This document shows, piece by piece, positions 1 to 10,022 of a DNA stretch of 64,000 bases. The stretch lies in contig CAVXEP010000033.1 of NCBI GenBank assembly GCA_963760795.1, positions 1 to 64,000 of the forward strand, read 5' to 3'. The first letter of the stretch is position 1. Each line of letters begins with the position of its first letter. The DNA is from an uncultured delta proteobacterium (GTDB lineage: Bacteria > Desulfobacterota > Binatia > UBA9968). The notes beneath the pieces were generated by a model that had not been told where the DNA came from, ran no database searches, and saw only the letters and a list, made by a program, of their open reading frames with translations. Both the position numbers and the translations under genes were made by a program.

Positions 1-670
1 ATCTGCGCCAGCGATTTGTTTTCGAGGCAAAGTAAGATCCGTATTGGATGCTCTTAATTTCGTCGGAATAGTTGAGCAGCACGCGTTTACCAGAGTCGAT
101 GGAGCGAAAGTTATAGGGCGGCGCTTCGGCGAGAGAGGCGGCGACTTGGCCGGACGCCACTGCTTGAAACCTCTCCGCGCTGCCGCCGATGGATAGAATC
201 GTGTATGCCGACGGCGGGATGCCCTGGCGCTGCATGACGTCCTTGAAGATTGTCGTAGTGATGCTGGCCACGCCGGCGCCGGCGATTTTCTGGCCTTTTA
301 GATCAGCAAGAGTCTTGAACTGCGGCTGGCCAATGACTTGATAGGCGTAGCCGTAGGTTGAGCCGCCGATGACCTTCAACTCGCCGCCCCGCGTCGCCGC
401 GATCATACCGAAGTGGGTGCCCGATTTCGCCAAGTCGACGGTGCCGGCGAGCAAAGCCTTAATCACCAGGTCGGGCTGCATGTAGGTCGGCTCGAACTCT
501 ATGTTCTCCTTGGCGAAGAAACCTTTCGCTAATGCAACGATCTGATCGAGGTCGAAGGCCGTGATATTGGTCGAACTCATGGTGACTTTGTCGGCGCCGA
601 GAGCGGGCGCCGGCGGGGCGTAAAAGCCGAACATCGCGATTAAGATGAAGTTGGCTATGGATTGTGTCAT
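1..670 (-). CDS. NMT1/TauA-like ABC substrate-binding protein (3' end outside window)
   Basis: Manual translation from ATG at 670: MTQSIANFILIAMFGFYAPPAPALGADKVTMSS...AKGFFAKENIEFEP...ALLAGTVD; signal peptide, GAGGA RBS; open to the window edge. Confidence 0.8.
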   Translation of the reverse strand, partial: MTQSIANFILIAMFGFYAPPAPALGADKVTMSSTNITAFDLDQIVALAKGFFAKENIEFEPTYMQPDLVIKALLAGTVDLAKSGTHFGMIAATRGGELKVIGGSTYGYAYQVIGQPQFKTLADLKGQKIAGAGVASITTTIFKDVMQRQGIPPSAYTILSIGGSAERFQAVASGQVAASLAEAPPYNFRSIDSGKRVLLNYSDEIKSIQYGSYFASKTNRWRR

Positions 671-856
671 TGTTCTGTCCTCGATACGATTTTGGACGTT
701 TCGATTGCGGATTGCTCGGAACTAGGTACGGACCGGACTGCTTGTCGGCGCTTCGTACGGGCGGCATTGGAGCGCGGAAATATCCGTCCGCGGTTAATTG
801 CGTGGTCGAAAAACCCGCGCTCCGTTATCCGCTCCTACCATTGCATGTTGCCTTTA

Positions 857-1905
857 TCATCGGATGACCCGATCGGCCCGCACCAGCACGTTCGGTGGAA
901 TCGTCAGGCCGATCTGCTTGGCCGCTTTCAGATTGACGATGAACTCGAACTTGATCGGCTGCTCGACGGGAAGATCGGCGGGCTTCCTTCCCTTTAGAAT
1001 CTTGTCCACGTATGTAGCGGCGCGGCGATCCAGGTCGGGCACGCTCGGCGCTGTAGGTCATCAGCCCTCGGCCGTCGACACCACTCTGTCGGAATGATTA
1101 TACATCGCGGAGAGGCGGTTCTTTGCCGCGAGCTCGACTAATCTGTGTTTTGATGAGAATCGAGGATGGGGCTGGCTAGCACGAGGACTGCCTCAGCACG
1201 TCCCTTGCTCGCGGCTCGAAATGCGGTCTCAATATCCTTGGCACTTAAGTACGTCTAGGTGTTGAAGCTGCAACTTCAACGCCCCTGCGGCGAGATCGAA
1301 CTCTTTTAACTGTGGTGCTTGGGGAAGGGTCGAAGTTCTAAGCACGGCCACATGGGAGAGGCTGGGAACAATCTCCTTCAGAAGCTCGAGCTGTTTTCCG
1401 CTTATCTCCGGGCCAAGGGTCGACAATCCAGTGATGTTTCCGCCAGGCCGCGCCAGGCTGGCGACGAACCCATTGGCAACAGGGTCATTATCAAATGCCA
1501 TGACAATGGGAATCGTAGAGTTGCTTGCTTGGCGGCACGGGTTGATGACGGAGCAGCCGTAACAATGACGTCTACCTTAAGGCGCACGAATTCAGCCGCA
1601 AACTCATTCAGGCGATCTAGCTTTCCCTCTGCGAATCGCAACTCAATAACTATGTTTTTCCCCTCCACGTATCCCAAGTCGCGCATACCTTGCCGGAATG
1701 CCTCGGTGCGGGCCGACAAACCCGCAGGGGAGGACGCACCTTGGAACCCTATCCGCGGGATTTTCGTTGGCTGCTGAGCCTGCGACCGCAGCCCCACGAT
1801 ACGAAAGTGAGAACGATGGTGACCACCCCACCAATTTTAGATTTTCGATTTGGATTTTAGATTGTCGGAACGAAGCCACCATTGCATCCAACATTTTCTG
1901 TTCAA
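857..1905 (-). pseudogene. ABC_sub_bind (PF04392-like) substrate-binding protein, multiply frameshifted
   Basis: Fragments in different frames: AQQPTKIPRIGF...FRQGMRDLGYVEGKNIVIE (1402-1797), DPVANGFVASLARPGGNITG (1229-1501), [24 protein letters not shown] (857-1042); probable TTG start at 1905. Confidence 0.8.
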
Positions 1906-1943
1906 TGTCTTGTCCCCATCAATGCAAAATCGAACCAAAATGT

Positions 1944-3032
1944 TCACTTCTCCTCAAACTCTTCGAGCGCATCGAAGCGCGGTTCGAGTCCGAGTCCCGG
2001 CGTCTCCGCCAAGGTCACCCAGCCGTTCACCGGCGCCGGCGGCTCTTGGTAGATCTTATCGCCGACGCCCCACATCTCGAAGTGAAACTCGACGCGCCAG
2101 CCGTTGGCCATGGCGGCTTGCAGATGCATGTTATGATGCGGCCAGCCGCCGCCGTTGGCGATCGGCAGGTTGAACGCTTGCGCCAGCGCGGCGACTTTTA
2201 CCGCTTCGGTGTAGCCGCCGACCGAGCAGACATTGGGCTGGGCGATGTCGACTGCGCGGTTGGCGATCAGTTCTCTATGGCGAAAGCGGTGCCCTTCGTT
2301 TTGGCCGGCGGCAATGGGAATCGACGTGTGGCGCCGCAGATCGGCGAGCAGCAGGGCGTCGTTTTGATACACCGGCTCTTCGAACCAAGTGATGTTCAGG
2401 GGCTCGACCATCTTGCACAGCTCCAGAGCGCGATTGTACGAGAATAAATAATTGGCATCGATCATTATCTCGACGTCGTCGCCGACGGCTTTGCACACCG
2501 CTCTGACCCGCTCGGCGTCGACTTTGGGATTCTCCGGATCGACGGCGACGACCATTTTCAAACGCTTCTCGCCTTGGGCGACCAGCTGCTTGGCGACCTC
2601 GACCAACTGCTCTTTCTTGTATTGTTTGAGCCCGAAGGTGACGTAGGCCTGCACCGGGTTTTGCGCGCCGCCGAGCAGGCGCCAGACCGGTTCTTCGTAA
2701 TGCTTGCCCTTGATGTCCCACAGGGCGATGTCGATGGTGCTCACCGCCGAGCTCCACATGCCGGTTTGCACGCGGGCGTTGAATTGTTTCAACAAGTCAT
2801 TCCAGACTCGCTCGGTCTCCAGCGGGTTCTTGCCGCGCAAGAACGGCGCGACTTCGCGGTTGATGAATTCCTTCATGCCGAACCGCTGTCCACCGCGAGT
2901 CAGGCCGTAGCCGGTGACGCCCATGTCGGTTTCGACGCTGGTGAAAACGATCGGCGTGACGATTTTTTCCTTGAGCAGCGGCACCTCCACCGGCACCCGG
3001 TGGATCGATGCTTTTACATTGGTGATTTTCAA
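1944..3032 (-). CDS. Mandelate racemase/muconate lactonizing enzyme (enolase superfamily)
   Basis: IDIALWDIKGK, MIDAN, WFEEP, GQNE metal-ligand motifs, PGLG C-terminus. Confidence 0.9.
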   Translation of the reverse strand: MKITNVKASIHRVPVEVPLLKEKIVTPIVFTSVETDMGVTGYGLTRGGQRFGMKEFINREVAPFLRGKNPLETERVWNDLLKQFNARVQTGMWSSAVSTIDIALWDIKGKHYEEPVWRLLGGAQNPVQAYVTFGLKQYKKEQLVEVAKQLVAQGEKRLKMVVAVDPENPKVDAERVRAVCKAVGDDVEIMIDANYLFSYNRALELCKMVEPLNITWFEEPVYQNDALLLADLRRHTSIPIAAGQNEGHRFRHRELIANRAVDIAQPNVCSVGGYTEAVKVAALAQAFNLPIANGGGWPHHNMHLQAAMANGWRVEFHFEMWGVGDKIYQEPPAPVNGWVTLAETPGLGLEPRFDALEEFEEK

Positions 3033-3248
3033 GAAATACCTCCAGATTCGGCTGACAGTTATCCTGGAACGGGGCGGAACTGCAAGTCAGAAAGGATTGG
3101 AATTAAGGAGTGATGGATCGTCAGTCAGCCAGTGAGGATCTGTCACGCTCAAGCGTAGCGCGATCGAGCATCGAGCCATTGGCAAATTGTGCTTGACGGC
3201 CATGCGTAAGCGCTTTAAGAGAACAGAGCATTGTTGGAGGGAAATCCT

Positions 3249-4197
3249 ATGTGGCGAACACTGGTTACTTCGATGATCATGATCTGCGGCAGTTTCACCG
3301 TGGCTCGCGCCCAGCCGGTGCGCGGGGCGTTTCCCGTCGCCGAGCGTGCAGATCCTGCCGATGATGGTGGCCCAGGAACGCGGCTTTTTTAAGCGCGAGG
3401 GGTTGGATCTAGAGCTGATTTTTGTCCGCGGCGCGTCGACGGCGGTGCAGGCGCTGATCGCCAATCAGATCCATTTTATTTTTTCCATCGGGCCGCAAAT
3501 GCCGGCGGTGTGGGAGGGCAACGATATCATTCTGCTCGCCCAGCAGGTCGGCCGGCCGACGTTTTCGCTGGTGGTGACGCCCGATATTCACAAGATCGCC
3601 GATTTGAAAGGTAAGAAGATCGGCGTGACTTTCGGCGGCTCGACGGCGGCGGGGACCAAGGCGTTGCTCGAACTCAACAAGATCAATCCCGACAAAGATG
3701 TCGAGTATATCGGCTTGCCGGGCAACGAGCCCAAGATCGCGGCGATGAAGCAGGGAATCATCTCGGCGGCGTTGCTGGCGCCGCCGGCGGATTATTTGGC
3801 GATGAAGTCGGGGCTCAAGCGGCTGGTGAGCTTGGCGGATATTTTCAAAGACACGGCGTTCACCGGCCTGGCGGCGCATAGCAAGACTATTAAAGAGAAC
3901 CCGCAGATGGTTAAGCGCATGGTCCGCGCCATCGTCCGCTCGGTGCTGCACACCCGCGACAACCCGGAAGATGCGCTGCAAGTCTTGATCAAGCGCCTCG
4001 GCCTCGAGCGCGACGCGGCGCAGGATGCCTACCAGATGATCAAAGACGCGCTGGTGCCGGTGCCGACGGAAAAGGGCGTGGAGCTGATGGCGCAGTGGCA
4101 AGCGATCGCGTTGAACATCAAACCGAAGCGCAAGCCGGCGGAGTACATGGACCTGCGCTTCGTCAATGAAGCGATGGCCGAACTGGCGCAGAAGTGA
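3249..4197 (+). CDS. NMT1/TauA-like substrate-binding protein (+1 frameshift near 3333)
   Basis: GGAGG RBS and ATG at 3249 with signal peptide; an extra C in TTTCCCG joins it to the 3346 ORF (ERGFFKREGLDLEL, DLKGKKIGV). Confidence 0.85.
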
Positions 4198-4330
4198 ATG
4201 AAGCGCCGTTCAGTCAGAAGTAACATGGTCTCGAGCGATGCATGAGGGTCCTGAGTCGATCGAACAGATGGCCGTTATTCCGACGAGAGGCGGAAATTCG
4301 AGAGCGAGGGTGAGTCGCGCCGCGGCGTCA

Positions 4331-4359
4331 TTGACATTACCTGTCGAGGGACCTAGTTT
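4331..4359 (+). promoter_or_regulatory. sigma-70-type promoter, near-leaderless start of the TPR lipoprotein
   Basis: TTGACA-N17-TAGTTT, 8 nt before ATG 4368, no obvious RBS. Confidence 0.5.
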
Positions 4360-4367
4360 TTGATCGT

Positions 4368-5027
4368 ATGAAGATAGTAAAAAGGCTCGCATGGGTCTGG
4401 GTGAGTGTTCTCCTCGCCGGCTGCGCCGCCTACAACACCGCGGGCCAGGTTCAGTCCGGCCGGCGCGCCCTGCTGGTGAACGATCCCGAGCTCGCGCTGC
4501 CTTACTTTCTCCAAGCGGCGCAGGCTAATCCCAACTACGTCTATCATTCGGTTTATTTCCGCGAAGGTATCTGGACCTACGTCGGCCGTACGCAATACGC
4601 AACCAAGCGCTATGCCGAAGCGCGCCAGTCGCTGGAGCGCGCACTCAGTTTGGATCCGAACGATCACCTGGCACGGCTTTATCTCGGTCTCACGCTGGTG
4701 CGGACCGACGATCGTGCGCGGGGGACCAAGGAGATCCGCAGCGCCATGCGCGGGCTTTATGATTGGCTCGAGTTTATCAATCGCAGCCGGCCCTTCGAGG
4801 CCTATTGGGATCCGCTGCGGGAAATTCGCAAAGCGATCGAGATTCATCTGGACAGCGGCCCGGGCAACGATGCGGTCAATTCCGAGCAGCTCATCCCCGA
4901 CGCCGAGTGGCTCGGTAACAAGATGGAAGACGAGATCGAGCGCGTGCGCCAGGACGAGCGCCGCCAATACGAGCGCAACTTCGACGGGCGCCGGGGCTCC
5001 TCGTTTGGGTTAGGGATCGGGTTCTAA
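4368..5027 (+). CDS. Tetratricopeptide-repeat lipoprotein
   Basis: Lipobox LLAGC; TPR-like YAEARQSLERALSLDPNDHLARLYLG. Confidence 0.8.
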   Translation: MKIVKRLAWVWVSVLLAGCAAYNTAGQVQSGRRALLVNDPELALPYFLQAAQANPNYVYHSVYFREGIWTYVGRTQYATKRYAEARQSLERALSLDPNDHLARLYLGLTLVRTDDRARGTKEIRSAMRGLYDWLEFINRSRPFEAYWDPLREIRKAIEIHLDSGPGNDAVNSEQLIPDAEWLGNKMEDEIERVRQDERRQYERNFDGRRGSSFGLGIGF

Positions 5028-5056
5028 TCGAATCCGTTGGCGTTGACTTTAAAAAT

Positions 5057-5093
5057 CGTTCCAGCCGTTCCCAACGTTCCAGATGTTCCAATC
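5057..5093. repeat. 9-bp tandem repeat array (CGTTC[CA]Ann)n
   Basis: cgttccagc-cgttcccaa-cgttccaga-tgttccaat; related arrays at ~6950-6990, ~35238-35262 and ~52600-52615. Confidence 0.7.
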
Positions 5094-5115
5094 GGTCGCG
5101 AACACATTCGCGCTG

Positions 5116-5877
5116 TTACTTTCCACCCGCGAGTAATTTCCCCCAACCTTGCACTGGCGGGATGATGCCGGGGCGGACTAAATCGTTCCACACCTCCGTG
5201 CTCATGTTGGTGAAAGCCGGTTTGCCGAATTCGTCCTCGATGGCGGGGATGACGTGGAGCGCCATGGCGGCACCGCCGGGGATTGAGATGGCTTGGGCCT
5301 CGGGCCAAGTTCTCGCGGCTTCCCGACCGACTTCGAGCGCCATTGCCAAACCTTCTTCCAGGCTCATGGCGAAGGAATCCGATGCCCACTGATTTCTTTT
5401 GGTTATGCCGAGGACTTCGATGCCGCCTTCTTTCAAGTACTGAATGATCGCGTTGTTGACCTTGTCCGCCCAGCGGCTGCCGACGGCGATGTTCGCGAGT
5501 CCCAGATGCTTGAGCGCCGCGATCAGCGCTTCCAACGGCGCGTCGGCCGTGATGCCGGTCTTTTCTTTGGTTTGCTTGAGTAAATCCAGCACCCGCGTCC
5601 GGGTCAGCACCGCGGAGATGGGCGCGCCGCTGAAAATAATATGATCGACTTTTTCTTTGACCAGGCGGTCGACGCAGGTCCAGTAATTTTTGATCGCTTT
5701 CTCGACCCCTTCTTCGGTGTAGTTCTCCAGACCCAGGCCGGTGGCGATTTCGATGAAGTCGAGCGGCAGCAGTTTATACAGCTGGTAACTGCGCGCGCGC
5801 GAAACCTCCTCATTGGCCCGCGGTTGGATGACGCCGTAGCGGAAGCGGGGTAATAACTTGCTGATGTAGTCGGCCAT
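5116..5877 (-). CDS. Asp/Glu racemase-fold protein (maleate isomerase/arylmalonate decarboxylase-like), catalytic Cys absent
   Basis: GVIQP, ALIAALKHLG, IPAIEDEFGKPAFT, GWGKLL motifs typical of the family. Confidence 0.75.
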   Translation of the reverse strand: MADYISKLLPRFRYGVIQPRANEEVSRARSYQLYKLLPLDFIEIATGLGLENYTEEGVEKAIKNYWTCVDRLVKEKVDHIIFSGAPISAVLTRTRVLDLLKQTKEKTGITADAPLEALIAALKHLGLANIAVGSRWADKVNNAIIQYLKEGGIEVLGITKRNQWASDSFAMSLEEGLAMALEVGREAARTWPEAQAISIPGGAAMALHVIPAIEDEFGKPAFTNMSTEVWNDLVRPGIIPPVQGWGKLLAGGK

Positions 5878-5949
5878 AAATCACCTCCTGAGATTTTGTC
5901 GTCAATTGTTAAGAAGAGCGACCGGCGGCCGCTCCGGCTGTCGGCAAAT

Positions 5950-6933
5950 TTAAATTTTCAGTTTCAAAAGTTGCATCACATTGTCGCCGAGGATTTTTTG
6001 TTTTTCCCTTTGCGCGATCGGCATCTGCTCGATGCTCGGCACGGCGGCGGGCAGATCGCCGATGATCAGCGGAAAATCGCTGCCAAGCACCATGCGGCCG
6101 GCGCCGTAAAATTGATAGGCCATCATCAGAGCCGGCTGGTAAAACGACACGGTGTCGCAGTAGAGATCGCGCAGGTATTCCGAGGTCGGTTTCTTGGTTT
6201 TGATGCCGCAAGTGGGGTCGTGGTAGCCGCGGTCGATTCTGCCGGCGAGAAATGGAATGCCGGCGCCGAGATGGGAGATCACGAAGTTGAGTTCGGGGAA
6301 TTTGTCGAGCACGCCGGCGTAGGCGAGCCGGGTCGCCGACAGGACGATGTCGAACTCAAAGCCGAGAATGATCGCCAGGCGCCACTCCTGCATGACTTGC
6401 GCGCCCAGCGGCGTGGTCGGGTGAATGAAGATCGGCACGCCAAGCTCTTGGGCGCGCGCGTAGACCGGCAGGAGAAACTCCGAGTCGACCATCTTGCCGG
6501 CGACGTTGGTGAGCATGCACATGCCCTTCAAGCCGAGATCGAGGACGGCGCGATCGAGTTCCTTTAGCGCCAATTTGCTGTCGATCAGCGGCAACATGGC
6601 GAGGCCCTGGAACTGCTTGGGATATTTTCTCACGGCTTTGGCGATGCCGTCGTTGATGATCCGGCTCATCTCGGCGCTTTCGTCCGGCGAGAAACGGTCG
6701 ACGCCCGGATGGGGCGAAGACAAGATCTGCATATCGACGCGATGTTCTTTGATGCGCTCGACGCGCACGTCGGTGTCGAAGAAATCGGCATTGATCGGCC
6801 CGGCCCTCGCGCCCATGCTCAAGATCCATTTCTGGCCTTTAGCGTCGGTCTCGATGCGCACGTCGCCGCTGGAGGCTTCGAGTTTTTTTAAATAGTCTTC
6901 CGGGTATATATGGGCGTGGAAGTCGATGTTCAT
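5950..6933 (-). CDS. Amidohydrolase family protein (amidohydro_2; ACMSD/decarboxylase-like)
   Basis: MNIDFHAH, IFIHP, SHLGAG, GSDFP; start at 6933 after a CAGGAG RBS. Confidence 0.9.
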   Translation of the reverse strand: MNIDFHAHIYPEDYLKKLEASSGDVRIETDAKGQKWILSMGARAGPINADFFDTDVRVERIKEHRVDMQILSSPHPGVDRFSPDESAEMSRIINDGIAKAVRKYPKQFQGLAMLPLIDSKLALKELDRAVLDLGLKGMCMLTNVAGKMVDSEFLLPVYARAQELGVPIFIHPTTPLGAQVMQEWRLAIILGFEFDIVLSATRLAYAGVLDKFPELNFVISHLGAGIPFLAGRIDRGYHDPTCGIKTKKPTSEYLRDLYCDTVSFYQPALMMAYQFYGAGRMVLGSDFPLIIGDLPAAVPSIEQMPIAQREKQKILGDNVMQLLKLKI

Positions 6934-6949
6934 GATTCGCTCCTGAATT

Positions 6950-6990
6950 TGTTCAAATTGTTCAAAACGTTCAAGCCGTTCAAATCGTTG
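6950..6990. repeat. 9-bp tandem repeat array (GTTCAAnnn)n
   Basis: tgttcaaat-tgttcaaaa-cgttcaagc-cgttcaaat-cgtt. Confidence 0.7.
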
Positions 6991-7052
6991 GCGCCCGTTT
7001 CGGAATTCCTTCCCCATTCCCGTGGAACGGTCAGGATGGCCGCATGCAACAA

Positions 7053-8504
7053 TCACCTGGCCCGCGCCAGCATCGCTTTGACCCGCGCCACGGCCGCGCT
7101 GCGGTCATAGCCGGTGTAACGGCTCGCCATTAACAAGAACGGGTCGCCGGCGAAGAAGCGCTCGTAGAGGGTTTGCCGGCCGGCGAAGCTGCTGCACGCT
7201 AGGTCCCAGGCGAGGCGAAAAAGTTGCACGCGCTCTTTGCCCATCAGCGTCGCCGACTGATAGTAGCGGTCGATTTCATCGCCGAGTTCGCTCGAGTTAA
7301 TATCGTGGCTTGTCGGCGTCGCCATCAGGCCGCTGGAGCCGATCAGCTGCAAGATTTCGATCAAACGCGGGTAGATTTTCGGAAAATAGTTGCGCGCCGT
7401 CGATAGAATGTTCGGATTCGGATGGACAAAACCGTTTTCGTCGGTGATCGCATCCGCCTCGGCGGCGCGCAAAAAGGCGCGCTCGGTCTCGACGGCGTCG
7501 ACGATCTCGCCGAGCATTTGCTGGTAGGCCGGCAATTCCGTCCGGCCAATCGCTTCGGCGACCAGGCTGGCGACGCCGAGGATAAACTCCGCCTTGGCGA
7601 GATTTTTCACGGTGAACTGATGGATGCCGTGGAGAAACGCCGGCGTCTCGCGGAAGAGCCGGTTGCACAGGCCGATATCGCCTTTCAAAAACACCCGCTG
7701 CCAAGGCACGACGACTTCGTGGAAGACCGCCACCGCATCCATCTCCTCGAAGCGCGCGGTTAGCGGGTAGTCGGCGACGGCGCCGCCGGTGTCGAGGCTC
7801 TCGCGGCAGAGGAATTTCAAACCCGGTGTCGCCACCGGCACGGCGAAGGCGAAGGCAAACTTCGGCGCGTCGCTTTGTTGGGTGCGCGACGGCGACGGGA
7901 AGACATAGAGTTCATCGGCATAGGGCGCCAGGGTGGCGAGCATGCGCGCGCCGCTGACGATCAATCCGTCGCTGTTTTCGCCGACGATATGCAGCGGCAC
8001 GCTGGGATCGCGCTGTTCGGACTGGCTGCGGGCGCGATTGATTTGCGGGTCGACAAAAGTATGCGTCGCGCACAGATCGCTTTCGCGGCAAAGTTCGTAA
8101 TAGGCCGCAATGCGCTCGCCGTAGGCGGCGCCGTTTTGCGCGAAATAGGATTTCGCCGAAGCGCAGCCGGCGAGAATCGCGTTCAAATAATCCGGCGTGC
8201 GGCCAAGCATGCCGCCGCTGAAATCGGCCCAGTGCTTGAACATCTCGCGGCGCCGAATCAAATCGTCGATGCTGCGCGGTTGAATGAAAGACAGGCTCAC
8301 CGGCTTGCCGGTGGATGGCGAGGGATAGGTCAGCTGCGAGCGTAGCGCGGGATCATGCTGCAGGTCGTAAATCTCGGCGAGGGTGCGCGCCATGCGCCCC
8401 AGGAGCGGATGGGCGGTGACGCTGTCGACACGTTTGCCGTCAAACCAGATCTCGCGCGAGTCGGCGAGGCCGGCGAGATACTCTTTACCCGTGCGTGCGG
8501 CCAT
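7053..8504 (-). CDS. hpaB: 4-hydroxyphenylacetate 3-monooxygenase oxygenase component (group D flavin monooxygenase)
   Basis: MAARTGKEYL, GMLGRTPDYLN, THTFVDPQINR, GARMLATL, RFEEMDA, GRQTLYERFFAGDP. Confidence 0.85.
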   Translation of the reverse strand: MAARTGKEYLAGLADSREIWFDGKRVDSVTAHPLLGRMARTLAEIYDLQHDPALRSQLTYPSPSTGKPVSLSFIQPRSIDDLIRRREMFKHWADFSGGMLGRTPDYLNAILAGCASAKSYFAQNGAAYGERIAAYYELCRESDLCATHTFVDPQINRARSQSEQRDPSVPLHIVGENSDGLIVSGARMLATLAPYADELYVFPSPSRTQQSDAPKFAFAFAVPVATPGLKFLCRESLDTGGAVADYPLTARFEEMDAVAVFHEVVVPWQRVFLKGDIGLCNRLFRETPAFLHGIHQFTVKNLAKAEFILGVASLVAEAIGRTELPAYQQMLGEIVDAVETERAFLRAAEADAITDENGFVHPNPNILSTARNYFPKIYPRLIEILQLIGSSGLMATPTSHDINSSELGDEIDRYYQSATLMGKERVQLFRLAWDLACSSFAGRQTLYERFFAGDPFLLMASRYTGYDRSAAVARVKAMLARAR

Positions 8505-8638
8505 TCAATGAGCTTTCTTAGGATGGTCTTGAACGTGGGCGGACAGTAGCCGAGGCGACGGCGCGCTGTCAACAATTGCGGCGTGGTAAGGCCACGGTGG
8601 GAGTTGTCATAACGAAGACGTCCCATCGTGCACGGAAG

Positions 8639-8722
8639 ACCGCAACCGAAAAGAAGCATGGCCGCAAAGAACAAAAGTCGCAAAAAGAATCGGAATCCAG
8701 GGGCCGGGTTTAAACCTGCCCT
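8639..8722. repeat. Composite REP-like element (9-mer CGCAAAGAA arm plus GGGCGGGTTTAAACCCGCCC-type hairpin)
   Basis: Closely similar copy at ~51772-51857. Confidence 0.7.
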
Positions 8723-8798
8723 ATCGGCTTGGGTGCATCGAGAAATTTGCGCAAGCCACCAAACTATCCGGGCCACGGACGTCGCGCCTTAAGACTGC

Positions 8799-9884
8799 TT
8801 ACGCGCCGAACGCTGAAGTGACTTTTTGGTGGCCGCCGTTGTCGGTGAACTCTTCTTCGTAGTAGAGGCCGAGAGCGTTGAGCACGGGGGCGTCTTGGAT
8901 CGAGAACAGCACCGCGTCGGCTTTCGCCGAGCCGTTGATATGTTCGTGCACCGACCAGGGCGGCAGGGCGATGATGTCGCCTTTGCGCCAGGCGAAGCTC
9001 TGGCCGTCGATGATCGTCTGCCCCTGGCCCTGGACGACATGGTACACCGCGCTGCCGGTGTGGCGGTGCGCTTGGGTATGTTCATCGGGGCGCAGCAGCT
9101 GGATGCGGCAAGCCATAGTCGGCAGCACCGGGCCGCCGGTCTGTGGGTGGCGATAGTTCAGCGAGATGCCGTCGAATGGGCTGCCGGTCTGACCGCGCAA
9201 GGCGTCCAGCGCTTGCCAGGTTTGTTCCCAGGAGTAGAGCAGCAGCGGCGAGGCATTGGACGTTTCTTGGACCCAGGTCGGATTGAGCTGGCCGGTGCCG
9301 TACATGGCTTGGGAAGTGTGCGCCGGCCGCGACGCCGGCACTTGAGTCTGCCTGTAAAACTGAAAAAACATCGCCTCCAGCGACGCCACCAACGGGATGT
9401 CGAGGCCATCCATCCAGACGATGCGGTCTTTGGTTTCGTTGCCATGGTCGTGCCAGGACCAGCTTGGCGTCAGAATCAAATCGCCCGGCTCCATGTAGAC
9501 GCGCTCGCCGTCGACGGCGGTGTAGGCACCGCTGCCTTCGATGATGAAGCGAATCGCTGTCGGCGTGTGGCGATGGGCGCGCGCCACTTCGCCGGGGAGC
9601 AGCACCTGCACCGCGGCGATCAAATTGTTCGTGGTCGCCCAGCGGCCGTTGAGTCCAGGATTGAATAGCTGCAAGGCGCGCCGCTCGTCGCCCACCGGCA
9701 CCACTTGAGTCGATTCGCTGACGATCCGCTCCAAGGTCGACCAAGGCCACATATGGGCGACCATTTTGGGCTGCGGCTGGGGCGTCATTTGACTGGCGAG
9801 CTCCCACAGACCGTACATGTTGTTGGCGTGCATGCGCTGGTGGAAGGCTTCGCGCGCGGCATCGGATGGCTGTTCTGCTTTCAT
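8799..9884 (-). CDS. Gentisate 1,2-dioxygenase-type bicupin
   Basis: ERRALQLFNPGL, AHRHTPTAIRF, WHDHGN, WMDGLDIP, second cupin HRHTGS; start MKAEQP at 9884. Confidence 0.9.
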   Translation of the reverse strand: MKAEQPSDAAREAFHQRMHANNMYGLWELASQMTPQPQPKMVAHMWPWSTLERIVSESTQVVPVGDERRALQLFNPGLNGRWATTNNLIAAVQVLLPGEVARAHRHTPTAIRFIIEGSGAYTAVDGERVYMEPGDLILTPSWSWHDHGNETKDRIVWMDGLDIPLVASLEAMFFQFYRQTQVPASRPAHTSQAMYGTGQLNPTWVQETSNASPLLLYSWEQTWQALDALRGQTGSPFDGISLNYRHPQTGGPVLPTMACRIQLLRPDEHTQAHRHTGSAVYHVVQGQGQTIIDGQSFAWRKGDIIALPPWSVHEHINGSAKADAVLFSIQDAPVLNALGLYYEEEFTDNGGHQKVTSAFGA

Positions 9885-9955
9885 GATTCGTCCCTTCGTT
9901 GAAATGTTCCGGCTCGGAATCGACTCTCGTTTCGCGCGCGTCATCGTACGATCAT

Positions 9956-10022
9956 GGTAAACGCTTTACCGAGCATAGGGTAAACGTTAATAAACGCTAG
10001 TACGGTTACCGACTTCGGTCAA
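9956..10022 (-). promoter_or_regulatory. sigma-70 promoter of the cupin gene with LacI-like operator(s)
   Basis: Minus strand TTGACC-N17-TAGCGT (10022-9994); palindrome GGTAAA-CGC-TTTACC at 9956-9970 and a GGTAAACGTT repeat near 9979. Confidence 0.55.

Noticed and set aside
662-997. Plus-strand [22 protein letters not shown]
   Set aside because: Antisense shadow of the ABC_sub_bind C-terminus
5057-6990. GTTC-containing repeats as a possible CRISPR array
   Set aside because: Adjacent 9-bp units with no unique spacers and no cas genes
6934-7056. N-terminal extension of the 5950 ORF (RFERLERFEQFEQ)
   Set aside because: Translation of the 9-mer array; the RBS supports the start at 6933
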